DNA of 64,000 nucleotides from assembly GCA_003344405.1 (NCBI GenBank), contig NOWV01000026.1, positions 62,001 to 126,000 on the forward strand, read 5' to 3'. Under the pieces are notes generated by a model that was given only the letters and a program-made list of their open reading frames with translations, had not been told where the DNA came from and did no database searches. The DNA is from Trichoplax sp. H2. Lineage: Eukaryota. Made by a program: the position numbers and the translations under genes. Below are positions 1 to 13,677 of the stretch, piece by piece. How positions within the stretch are numbered: position 1 is the first letter of the stretch; the number at the start of each line of letters is the position of its first letter.

Positions 1-1131
1 TGGCATAGATATGAATTCAAGAGGTTAGAAATGATCAGAATTGACCCAGAAATTCCTAGCGCTAGTCTACAAGTTAATGTTTCTTTTTCTATAGTTGCAA
101 TTGTTGGACCAAATGGCGTTGGAAAAAGTACATTTCTAAATCTGTTAATAGGAAATTTAACTCCGGTAAAAATACTTATCCTAATGAAGTATCGAGAATT
201 AAATTTTATTGATTCATTTGTGATTATATGTTGTTTAGACTGACGGCGAAGTAAGAAGAAATCCTCGATTGGTAATTAAGATACACCATTTTACGAATAA
301 CTAATTAAGTACCTACAACATATTAGCAATGTATCAATGTCATTGACTTTGAGGATGTATTACAGCGCATAGGAGTTTACAATCAACATGCTGCTGACCA
401 ACTTAATCTTACGGAAACCCCTGTGGAATACTTAAATGTACCAGAGGCCTTCATTAAATATACATTGAGCTGTTTTACTACTTATGGAGATTAAGTACCG
501 CATAACCAACTAATTATAGTGTTACACCCTCACTCTTTACAGCGACTCTTCGATATGAATTATCAACATTCCCGACAGTTATTGGCCCGATATGGCCTAG
601 CTAGCCATGCTCACACAATAAAAATAGGGGATCTTTCCGGTAATAATTATATATGGATTATTTTGATAATTTGCGATTAACCATACTGGTTATCCGAATA
701 CAGGAGGTCAAAAAGCGCGTGTTGTCTTCGCAGAACTCAACAAACGCCAACCGGATATCTTGATATTGGTAAACAATGATTTTGTCGTTTAGTATAATTT
801 TCTAAAATATCTAACTCTTTCCTTATTATCAAAGGATGAACCTACAAATAACTTGGATCTAGAATCCATTGATGCTCTTGGTGATGCTATCAATGAATTT
901 TCTGGAGGTTCGTTTTATATCTATGAACTTATTTGCTGCAATATCATAAAGAGCATATTTAAACCATTGATAGGAGTAATCCTTGTTAGCCATGATGCTC
1001 GCCTTATTCAAGAAACAAATTGTCAACTGTGGGTCGTAGAAGATCAGACGATAAATGAAGTTGAAGGAGATTTTGATGATTACAAACGAGAAATCTTAGA
1101 AGTATTGGGAGAGACCGTAGCATCATCCTGA
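1..1131 (+). CDS. ABCF1: ABC-F family translation-associated ATPase, 3' exons (gene runs off the left edge)
   Basis: Spliced exons give Walker [23 protein letters not shown], signature LSG/GQKARV, Walker [14 protein letters not shown]-loop VSHDARLI and the C-terminus [29 protein letters not shown], which is characteristic of ABCF1. GT-AG introns of about 70-120 nt. Confidence 0.9.
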
Positions 1132-2939
1132 ATTTGCTTTGATAGCTGTAATGTAACCGGCATTTAGGTATAACTTGAAACACTAAAGTGATCAAGGAAG
1201 CTATAAATTGATAGGTTCCTTGCATTGTATCTATTTTATTAAATTACCTTTGATCAGATGTTAACCTTCACTTTAGGTGAGTGATGATTACATTTGGGTA
1301 AAATTAGCTGTCTGGCTAGTAAAACTAATTACTATAGATTGATCAGATAGTTAATTTGATCTCAACGATGAACGACTATACAAACTCATTAAGTTGTATA
1401 ATCAATTACTCGAAACCGACAACTGCCGCAAATGTAGTAATGACGTACTCATTTCTGCAGCTATTAATTCGATTAGCACAGAAATGCTCATCGAGGCACT
1501 GTTAATAAATTATCGAATGGATAATTACAATAAATAGCTTATGTAAATTAACCGTTAAACATGTATCGCTGATAGCAATACCTAATTATTACTTTTGGCA
1601 ATTCTGTATTTACGGGTATGACAGAGCATCGCTTTACTCCTTACCTCGTAAAGTAATTATTATTAAATGTAAAACTCAGCAAAAGTATCAAAACCCGAAG
1701 GATAAGATTAACGTTTGTATTCTAAAGTATTATTTGGGTTTCTGATGATAACTATAAATTTTACTTTAAAAAGCAGCTATGAAATTAGTCTGCTCTAGCA
1801 TATTCGCAACATCGTTGATAACAGACTAGGAAGGTAGATTGCAAAGATACACGTATAATTGCAAAATCTATAATATCAGATTCTCCTTATCCTTTACTAT
1901 AACTATTATATCATAGTGTTAGTAAAATTGAGCGATTTAAATGAGTAATTACATATAGATTAATTTATGTTAATACTAGACAATCGATTCGATCTTTTTG
2001 TTGTAGTAAATAGTGGTTAATAAAATCCAGATGTGTAGTTCATACATATACAGTATAATTCATGGTCTATCTCACGAATTATTACTTATGTACAGTATAA
2101 TACGTACTGCTATGTCGATATACAACACTTTAGCAATGACTACTAAACCCTCCTGTCCTATCAAAACTGATATTCAAACTCTCTTCTCCAAAAATATAAT
2201 ATATAACATCTACCCTCGGATAGATTGATTAATTAATTATATTATTCTACTTTTTATATAATATATATTTGTGAAAGCTGTCTGTACCCTTATTTGACCT
2301 AACCACTCCACAGATGTTATGCTTATTCAATAATTATGTATTATAAAAGAGCATACTGTAGATCATCGTACTCACGCGTAATCAGACTGAGTCAATCAGA
2401 TTGCTAACAATTCACTACCTGTCACATCGCAGTGCAGTACAGTACAGTAATGTGTAAGAACTAAGAAGTCATGGTCTTGGGAATCAGTCCGCACTTCGCG
2501 AATACCATAGCTGATAACTAGAATCCTGTTTAGCTGTCAGTTTCTTGCAACCAGATATGATGTACACTTGTACAGCACGCGCATTTAATGTTAATGTACA
2601 CGAGATAGATATCATGAATCTAATATATCACTTTGCTATATGAAATATATCGGCTTGTACTTTAAAACTTAATAACTCGGCGAAAAAATTGTGGGAAAAG
2701 GTTTATTAGAACTGAACACTTCATGCTACGTTCGTAACATAAATTAATTACGTGTTTTAATGAGATCGTGGAAATAGGCAGTTCTAAGTGTTTAGCGATT
2801 AATATGTAATCGAGTATTATAATATGGTATGATGGTATAGTACGGACGCAAAGTTCAGCTAATTGTGTAGCAATAGCTAAGTTATTGCCAAGTCCCACGT
2901 TCATTTCAAATTCTGACGTTGCAGAGCACGACCGTAGAC

Positions 2940-3390
2940 TACTTTAGTACACGCTGTCGGTACTATGGTACTGTGATTACTCCATAGTACTGTACAATGT
3001 ACAATGTACATATCAGCGTTGTTGATAATACACTGTAATGTTTAATGTACTGTATAGTCGCAGTTCATTTTCATTTTTACTACTGTGCTGTACAGTACTG
3101 TACTGTATAGTACTGTGCTGTACAGTAGTAAAAATGCACTGCACTGTACTGTTTAATTTACTAGTTATACAGTACAGTTAATACTGTACTGTATACTGTA
3201 CTCTGTACAGTACAGTATTGTGAAGTGCAAAACACAATGCTAAGTAATCATGTACAGTACTGTATTGTACTGTACTGTATTCACATTACAGTACCCTGAT
3301 TCCGCGAATAACTTGCTTATAAAAAGACAAGTTCAGAAAATCGAATTAGTAGTTTTTAATTTTTAAGTCAGGTACTGTATTGTACTGCTG
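2940..3390. repeat. (ACAGT)n/(ACTGT)n pentamer array cluster upstream of the NPDC1-like start
   Basis: Dense tactg/cagta units, e.g. tacagtactgtactgtatagtactgtgctgtacagta. Confidence 0.85.
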
Positions 3391-3520
3391 TTCCTGTTAA
3401 TGCGTAGTTCTCAACAGTGATCGAATTATGCGAGGTGCGCTAAATTAATTAAAGATTGAAAGTGATATAGTTAGCAACTCTAGTCCTAATACAGAAAGCA
3501 TACAGTAAAACGCAAGAAAT

Positions 3521-6500
3521 ATGGAGTTTAAATGGAATATATTTCTGGTACTGTTCATAGCTACCCTGTCGTCGTGGCCCGTCCATGGCTGTAAGTAATG
3601 TACTTAAACTATGCACTAAACAGTGACATACCCCTGAACACCGCTTCATCCTTTATAATTTACACACTCGTATTATTAGTCGATTTTTGAAATTTAAAAA
3701 AATTTTTCGCTTCATTATCGTTCTGTCGCTAATTACTAATACTGTGCAATACTACATCATGAATTTAATTTGTTATTCGTAGTATTCAAAAGTTTGAACT
3801 TTCGTAAAATACTTAAAAACTAGTAATAATTGATCTTGATCGCTCTTTACTAGTTACATGCCCATCAAAGTTGACGTGCGACAGATTGCATCGATTGGAA
3901 TGTTTTTACCCGAACATTGAATGTGGTCGGTGTAAGATTAATTATCAAGAACTGAATGGCGCTTGTATTTTAGGTAAGTGTATCTTTATATTTGCAGTAC
4001 TATGTACCATCGGTTATATACCCGTACAATATATCTGTACGAATCATTAACTATTTACTAGCAGTCCCCATCGGCCGTTAATTGCTTTATTTCTCAACCT
4101 ACAGTATTTGAGGGTTTACTGGCATAAATTTTTGTTTTGTGAAGAAATAATTAGTTACACATATTATAAATTATCAATCCTGCTAGCTATCAGTACAGTA
4201 CAGTTCTCTAACTTTCTCTGTTATGACTACAAATTTTATGTTTTACCAAACTCTGTTACGGCGACGCAAACGTTTTAAATTTTTTATCCCTGACGTACCT
4301 GAGAAAAAATACCGTATAGCTTTCATACCATCAATACGAATATTCTATCAACTATTCTACCGAATAATTCTATTAAATTCGCTTTCTTAGTTTTCTGACA
4401 TCTTAATCGGATCAGTATTCGATTATAATTATTAATGTCATTATATATTAAAAGAAATAAATTCTCCGACTAAGCCATTTTGCTAACCTGATTGGCCTAC
4501 GTTTTTGTACTGCAGTCTAATAATTGTGTAATCATAAACTGCTTGCACATATTCTGAGCTTCTGACATTCCATGATCACGCAGGAAATAAACAATTGCTG
4601 TGCTAACAAAAATAACCTTGTTTGCATAACTAAAATGGCATCAGCCAATATTCAATAACTAAATCTACTATAAATAATTACAAAATACGTACGGTACATT
4701 ATCCGTATAAGACGATTTAAGTTCATAAAATAGAATAATACGCTTTATATTATTTATGGCATCATCCCATACGAATACGTATTCTTAGTATTACAATTCA
4801 TTCGTTACTACGGTGTTAAGGTACTCACTAAACAAAAACGTATTGTAAATTACACGGTACCCGTAGCATAACGTACTGTACATACTGTATGTATATTTGA
4901 AATTTGCAATGGTTCAAAGATCTTTCAAACGAAAGGATCTAGTGAACGACGTGATTGTCATATCTCCTCTTTATACTTTCCTGCCACCCATTAAACCTCT
5001 AATTTAGCTCGCGTAAGTTCAATCAAGAATGTAGTTCTTTCATTTACGTAGAAATTTCTATTGCAGATATTTGCTTTTTTAGTCTTTCAAGCAAGGGCTT
5101 ACCGTTAATTAATTAAATTAAAATATTGGTGATATTACTTATTCCGATTTTCAATCGATATAAATATCAAAATTATAATAGTTATCTCTATTTAGACATA
5201 ACGGAAATTAATTTTTTGCGTTATAAATAATATATGCATGTGTGTTCTCCCAAGTCAATACAGCTAATTTAAAATTTAAGAAAATAAATAATTATTGGCT
5301 ATAAATTATACTGTATTCGTTATGGAAGCAATACGCGTACTCGTAGCGATACGCTATCAGGGCTCGGTACTCAGCAACCCAGCTGGTTTCCATGCCAATA
5401 TCCCGAATTCAGTATGTCAAAATTAGTTAAAGTCATCAACACTATAATCTACTGTACATATTCTTAATGAAGCGCTGATAATGTAAGTATTGCAAGGGTA
5501 AACATTAGCCTGATATTCGAATGAACGGGTAGTTTACTAGTTTCTTGTAATTGTAAAGTGTAACTGTATCGATTGATATACTGTATACCAATTCTGATAA
5601 CTGAAGTAATTCAGCTAAATTTAAATGAGCTATGATCACTGAATTACGAGCAATTTAGTAATTCGTGAAACAGAACTTGAGATACTTATTAAGTGCGTAC
5701 TGTGTTATGATTATAATATAATATTTTGCCTACTATAGATTTCATAATCATTTTTATTGACTGCATATAGAAAACTGAAAAATTTTGATCCGAGTGCCTT
5801 GGTGTAGTACGTAATCGATATATAACAGTAGTAACATGTAGTACCATGAAACTCCTCTCATGTAGTTATCTGTTTGAGTACAGTACTGGTATACGGAAGA
5901 CATTTGACAAGTTGTTATGCATTCGTAAGTAGCTTTCCATCAGAGTATTTATTGGTTTAGCTATTTGCAATGTTTAGAATAATGTAAGGCATACTTTATG
6001 AACTCGATCTCTAAAAAAATAGAATGAATAAATAAATCTAAGAGTCCATTCCTATACTGAAGGCCTTAACTACCGTATATCAGTAATGTATTATAATAAA
6101 ATCTTACAAGCGCTTTATGAAGTAAGAAAGTAATGTTTTATTTAGCGTAACATGACATTGGAGCATAATTTATTAATTCATTTCAGATAGTGCATCACCG
6201 CAAAGACGCTAGTATTCAAATTAGATTAATGATATAATTAATTTATTCATAAATTAGTTGATCTCTAAAGCATATTAATAATTAATTTTCTCTTGGAATT
6301 AACTATAGACTTTTGTAGCATTCCAAGGCATAGATGTACTGAAAACGTGTGCTTTCGGTGCTTTCGCCTATGAAGTCTTAATGTAGTACTGTATAAAAAC
6401 AATTTACGCAGCAGTTATGAGCAACAAAGTTTGTATTGTCTTACAGACGGTGTCTCAAAAAGAAAACTTTTTACCGTCGCTGCTGTACAGTATGACACTA

Positions 6501-9500
6501 CAGGACTAAAGCTAACAGCATATTCAATATAAACAAATTATTTGCGAGCTACATTTTTATTTAAAACCCATCGTTTTCTATACAAAATTTCTCTCTTCAT
6601 TATTTCCCATGAATGTTACACATGCGATGTCATTACCATCCTTATTTGACGAGGTGCTGAAATTAGGAAAAAGTAGCTATAAATTATATATTTATTAACC
6701 TCTAGATCTCGGATGTACAGTACAGTAATACGCATATATGATTAGGCTACAGCTTTGAAGTCGGTAAAAATCTTTACTAACAGTAGGATATTATTACTAC
6801 TTTTTAAAAGAGCTCATTTAAGAGTACAGCATAGAATGATTTACTACAGCTGCAACACTGCTTTACAGTACAGTATACCCGTATAGTAATTTACGCGTAT
6901 TGATTGCAACGCGTAATTAGTATCAGAGATGGATTTGACCGGTTAGTATTATTAAGAATAAAACAGAAGTACTAAATACTGTTAAAACTACAGTAATGTA
7001 CTGTGAATGCACGCGTATAAGATCGACACAATATTAGTGCTTTCCGACTGAACTTTAAATAAACAGTGATAAGATCGTTGAAATTCTTTTGCTTTCTTAC
7101 AGTATTACGTATACCAATCTTATTAAACTGGCTCGTTCTGAGAAATTATTGCATTTATACTATACTGTCTCAATGTAACAGTGTCAACTCTAATTAATTA
7201 CAATATTGCGCTACATAAATACTGGAATTCTACTGTAATATTTAAGAAAATAATTACGCGTAATTCTAATTGACTTGTTTAATTCTACGAGACATACGGT
7301 ATATTGTAAATTTTAAAGATGATTCTCAAGATTGCCCTGTAACCTAAAAACTTTAACTGCTTAGAAAAATCAATATACTCATAAATATTTGATAAAAACT
7401 AACAAGAATCTAAACAGTGCGCTTTAGCGTGTTTAACAACCATTGTCATTTTTAAGAACTATGCTATTACAAACAATTGTTATCTTTGAAAGTAATACTA
7501 CTGTACTGTATAGCGGTAGTGAAATCTAGTAGCAGACTAGTAGCCATAGTCTTGACCTGTCTTGCTGTGAAGATTGGTCTCATTTTATTGTACTATACAA
7601 CGCAGTAGAATTGACTTCCATCTGATTATGAGGCTAAACTGAAGCAAAGCCAAAGTATTAACTGTATTCTGTGACAATACTCTTGGTTAAAAATCTCTAA
7701 AAAAATCAACTTTGATTAAGTTTAGACAGAATTACGTAATTTTAGCTGATGTTGCTAGTACATCTCACGGCCATAACACTGTATTTACTAGTGTAATTTC
7801 TGTTTAATGTACTAGCAACGCCATAAGGTGTATCACTAGGCCCAATTTGCTTTTGAAATCAATTTCGGATCAAATTGATATAAGAATACTGTTGATGCAG
7901 TGGATACTACCTTAGATATATTTTCATCAGTAGTGAGATAACTTAGCTTTTATTATGGTTAAAATCTTTCAAATAAGCTAAAATATTGACAGAACTAGAA
8001 AAATGAGAATGTCAGAAGGTACTGTCGAGCTCCGGTGCCGTCTATATAACTGCGAATTCAAAACACCTGAAATTGCTTTATAACTTTGTTTCAAAAGTTT
8101 AATTTACTACTTGACCAAGATTCTTACATTATCATTTGTAACCATTGCTATTCCCAGCTGCTAGTCCGCGGAATACCTTGCCACCTCAACTTGGTAGCAC
8201 TACAAGTGGCGAAAACGATGTTACGGATAAATTGTATCCATCGGATCGCACAACGACTATGGATGATATTGCTCTTAGGAATGCGTATTTTTTTGGTAAG
8301 GTTAAAAATATTTTATCTAGTTGTTGTTAGTCATGTCGTATTAGAAACAGTTGCATGGAAATTTTAAAATGTCCTCTCATGTATTATTTATTTAATATAT
8401 CTGTTTGAGAAAAGATACCCTTTTTAATGAATATTTGATGAAAAGTTACACATAAGTTGGCTGGAGAGTGTGCATATAGCCGATTTATTAGTAGTAAACT
8501 AGTGATTCAACTAAACTAGCTGATTCCGCATGTCAGGCTGTTCAAGTAATTATAATCTTTGATACTTCTGATAATATAATAACTTTATGCACACCGATTC
8601 ATCATTTAAATATCAGCCTTGCCCACAAAATAGCACGTACTATTGAATAAAAAGTAACTACGTCTCCGCCCGTGTTCAATCATTCGTACGAGAATTAGCT
8701 GAGAGTATGCTACTGTACTGTTATAAACGACATTCATTTATTATAAATACCACTGACAAAAATTTTATACCAAACATGACCGTAATTGATTTACATAAAA
8801 TATTATTTATTAAAGCATAGCGTACTGTATATGAAACTGAAACTGCAAATAATCAGTACTAATGATGAATCATTCTAGAACACTGTACTAAACAAATTGC
8901 AAAGTTATACCAATTTATTAAGTTACATCTTCGTGTTTTTAAATGGATCTTCCAATTTTGTCACTTTTACTACTAAAACAAGATTTATACTGCAATAACT
9001 TACCCATGATATGGTACTTGCATAAGTTATCCAGAATCCAGAGGGATAGCTAGAATTTGAGCACAGCGTGTATCGAAGCTTTGTGTTAATAATTTTTGAA
9101 CTTTAAACCGACAAGTGTTCTAGGTTCTAAGACATTATTTATACGTAGTGTATCTGGTGTCTCACTTATCAGTTTCATTAATAAATACGTATACAAAAAG
9201 TATTACTAGTTAAATTATAACGTGTTAGCTTTCCTGTTAATTTGAAAATAATTATGTAGAGTCATATAATGTTAATTGTATTTATATTTCTATAATCTAA
9301 TTTACTTAAATTATAGCTATGATTGCTGGCTGTACATTGCTTGGTGTTATTGCTATTATTGCAATCGTTTACTGCTGGTTTAAGTAAGTAGCATATAAGA
9401 AATCTAACCAACTGATATTGATACGTAATCACAAAAGTCTGTTGTAACACTTATGCTATTTGCTGGATATTTTTCATTTCCAATATTGATCGTTCAAACT

Positions 9501-10582
9501 ACAGAAAACAATCGCAGATTATCCTAGTGTAGTAATATAAGATCACAACCTATACGTGTATTCGAGCATTCTAACGTACTATTTTTATTTATCAATCAAT
9601 TAACTTAGATATAAAGTATTTTAATCATCTTTCCTGTCTGATAATATGTTCAGTCTTTTTAAACTTTGTAATTTAGTGGTACTTATTATTTATTGTTCTA
9701 GGTCAAAGGAAGATAAGGAAAATCGACATACACTAAAGTACCAAAAGATAACTCAAAAAGATTCATCTAAACTTAAACGGGACCAATTCGATGTATATAT
9801 TTAAGAAAATTTTGCTAATATATTATTGATTAACTAGGAGAAACTAAGGATAGCTTTTGGTATAAAGGATAAGTTTTAAATCTAATAACTTTATGTACTG
9901 TAATTGATCTTTGTACCCTTGTACTTTATCTAAGGATACGGACTCTGGTCTAGCTGAAAGTGCTCAAGTTTTTCATTATCATCATCAAAAAAAGCAATTA
10001 GAGTCAATGGATAGGTAACTTCGAATATGAGTAGATCTTGAACAAGTACACTATTAATAATTAATATTTATAGCTAACGTTGTTACTTACAACTGAGATA
10101 TAATCATATTTTACGAGTTATATAATACATAGAGAATTTGATGTGATTACAATATATTCTTTACGTGACATAGAACGAAGGATATTGACTCCTTGGATAT
10201 TGGTATGCCAGTAAGTGAAGATGATGTTGATGACAACGGCGATGAAACGGAAAATGAAGATGATTTTACGATGTATGAATGTCCTGGTTTAGGATCGGTA
10301 ATGATTATTCTAAGAAACTATTTTTTGACAATAGATTCATTCCCTGAAAGTACTATTCAACATGTAGCAGTTCGTAAATGAATCAGTTTAATATTCAAGT
10401 TAATTATATGATACATTCTATTATTAATATACTATACATTAGCTAATTTTATCCATCACTCGATAATTCTTCAGAATGGAGACGTCGAAGTTACCAACCC
10501 TTTATTTGAAGGAGAACTTACGCATCATCAACAGTTGGAAATGAACGATTTAAATGCTCACCCAATTAATGTTGAACAATGA
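3521..10582 (+). CDS. NPDC1: NPDC1/CAB-1-like type I membrane protein, 8 exons (3521-3590, 3854-3973, 8158-8295, 9317-9383, 9702-9792, 9935-10014, 10174-10297, 10475-10582)
   Basis: Signal peptide MEFKWNIFLVLFIATLSSWPVHG; Cys-rich domain TCPSKLTCDRLHRLECFYPNIECGRCKINYQELNGAC; TM segment MIAGCTLLGVIAIIAIVYCWF; family motifs AESAQVFHYHHQKKQ and DFTMYECPGL..GDVEVTNPLF. Intron phases are consistent across all junctions. Confidence 0.85.
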
Positions 10583-13500
10583 GTGTAATTTAGAGTTTTA
10601 AATATTAACTTTGACATGAAGAGAAGACTTATATGTAAAATAAACTTGATCTAGAGCATTCTCAAGGCACAGCTTATTAAATTATTACTCAAATTCTACG
10701 ATATGATTATATTATCTGCAATTTACAACATCTAACATCCAAACAATGCAAAGAAATTACTTAAATGTTTACTGATAAATATTCCAAATCATTGTTACAA
10801 ACTTCTATCAAAGTTTCAATATTTAAAGTTTATATTCCTCACACTAAATAAAAATATTCTGTATTCAAATTTTAACCTTTGTTATAGAGCAGTAACTGAG
10901 TGCTAATTGAATATCGTGTCTCAATGTTAAATTCTACTATATGTAATTAAATTATCAGTATTAATATCATAGTTTGTGTTATAATTATAAAAATTTCAGA
11001 ACTATAGATCAATAGCTGTAAATATAGTAATTACAACGAAATTTTCAATTTATTCCTTAAGCACCCAGTACTACCGGAAAGATTGGTACTTTCTAATCAA
11101 ACTTTAAAGTAAAACATGCTACTTTGTGAATGATTACTAGATTACAATTCCTAAACATATCTGCTAAATTTATTAACTGAATAAAATAAAAATATTAATA
11201 AAGCCAGTACTACCTAGGATTTGTTGGTATCTCGAAAAAAAATCATATACAATTTTTATTTTCGTTCATAAAATTTCTAAATCATTTTATTTACAGTATT
11301 CATTTTGAAATGATTACTGAATTCCCTGAAATTTCCCAGAAGTATAGGGATTTCCAAATTCGAGAACTTTACTTAAATTTACGCCATAAATTTGTTATAA
11401 TACATGATTACATGTACATAATATAATGAAGACTGTGACTAACGAATGTAGTATTCATTGTAGTACTATTCAAAATATATTTTATAAGCCTGCAACAAAA
11501 ATCATCTCCAAATTTACAAATATTTTTTATTAATCCCAGCCATCAACGGTCCTCGCTGTCTTAAATTGAACACGTAATAACATTCATTTGCAACTTGCAA
11601 ATTTTTATGTTGTAAACTGTTTTTTTAGTTCATATAAATGTGGAGACTGAAAAGAATTAAATACGCGCTCGACACAGATAGCACTACATATGTAAAAGTG
11701 AATACTGCTCTTTATTTATTGCGAAGTATACCTTATTATAAATCTCACTTCAACACAATATCGTCATTGATTTAAACTATGCTCTAACGTCAAAATCCAT
11801 AATTTTTACTCACATAACACATATCGCCACTGTACAATAGTATGATACTGCATCATCGTAATGCAGCAATCATATGAACTGTATACTGTATTATTTAAAA
11901 CGTTTAGATTCTTTGACAGTAATTACAACTTGCTAAAACTATGTAACGGTTAAATTAACATTTGGATATCTCATTGATTATCGCATATCTTTATTGGCAT
12001 TTCCGATATATCTAAAACCAGCATATTATAGTATTGCAGTACAAGCATGACCTTACTCAATAAAAAATAGAATGAATACTCATATGATAATGAGTAGCCG
12101 CTCTTGAAAGCAAACTGCCTAAACGACTCCCACTGACTTTTTGATTTGCATTACTCTACGAAACCTTTCAGGTAGTCTAGATTATACCTAGAAGATCTCG
12201 TAAATTCATAAAAATAGCCTTTCACTAGCCATGCTGTCATCACCCAAACTAAAATTAGACAGCTGTGCCTCTTACCCCACAACCAGGAAGACGTAGTGTG
12301 AAGGAGAAATATTTTATCGAATACGCATGCCATAGCTTATAATTATACCATAACCAGGATCACAGATATCACTAAAGAATAAAAACGTACTGGTAATGTA
12401 ACTGAAGTAATCTCGTATATAATAGACAAAAATGCAGAAGACTGTGCTGTACACGAATACCAGAAGATAACAGAATTAACAGTAAAACTAGCCATACGCA
12501 TATTATTCAATACTCCACAATAACAAATATTGATTCCCGTCAAATCCATACACTCGTTGTTGGTGAAACTCAAAAAGCAGACTGACCATCCAAAAGCGTG
12601 CTGCCGTGTTAAAAATATTACATTCTAATCATCAACCATGAGAACAGGATTTCTCGCAGTATGTTTAGTTGCTCGGTTGTTCTAACTAGTATCTTGGTTA
12701 AGAATTATTTCATGATGAGATTAAGAAAAATCATTACTCACTTGATTATCCCCAATTTATCGTATACGATAATATGTACTAGTACCGATTGAACTCACTT
12801 CTTTTCAGTTTTATTACACAGTACAGGATTTTATACGTCTCAGCTTTATAGATTGTACTATTATTATAAAACTAAAAAGTATTCTTTACTCGAACACTAG
12901 ACGTTTTAGCTAAACGTGTACTTAAAGTCTTCCTATCCTACTCTATTCTAAAATTGAGATAAAAAACTCAACCCTAAAACTAGAAAGCCATATAACTAAC
13001 CATTTTTTCGTTAATTTTACTTAGTGAGATTCAATGGATACTGTATATTAGACGTTAAGAGGATAGCTAAAGGTTCCCTTTACTCGCAGTAAAAATCACG
13101 ATTATTTGGCGAAGGATCAGATTTAGATCATGCTGTAATTAACTATTACTACTATCAAGCCACCAGTAAGATCGAACAGATATCTGAGATCATAATGGTA
13201 GCATCTTTTAAAACTTATTTACTAAAAATTTTGTAAAAAATGTAACGCTATGGACTATGAACATTCCAAGAGAATCTATTGGATGAGCTAGAAATTAATA
13301 AATAAACAATTTAGAGGATTCCGCGCACATAACTTTCCGCGATTTTAGGTTACCGAGGTCAATATTTGACCTCTTACAGCGTCGTTCTTTCACTATTCAG
13401 TGGACTATTCCTAATAGTGCATTGTTAAACTCATCTTTGATCGAAATTTGAATCGACGTCTAATACACCTAGTAATCAACTACAGAAAATTTTAAAATTT

Positions 13501-13677
13501 TATTGGAAGTTAAAGACGAATAAATTATTATAATAAAATCAGGCCTAAGATCCATAAGTAACCTTTTTCCTAACAACATTGAATTGAAGCAAATGTTACT
13601 GGAATGATAGATTAATCTCAATCCGATAAAGCAGCAATAAAATTTTTATTCGAAAAATCATTTTAGACTCCTTGAAG

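Noticed and set aside
12151..12573. Short minus-strand ORFs upstream of laminin
   Set aside because: No homology cues or splice support; more likely laminin promoter or 5' UTR region.
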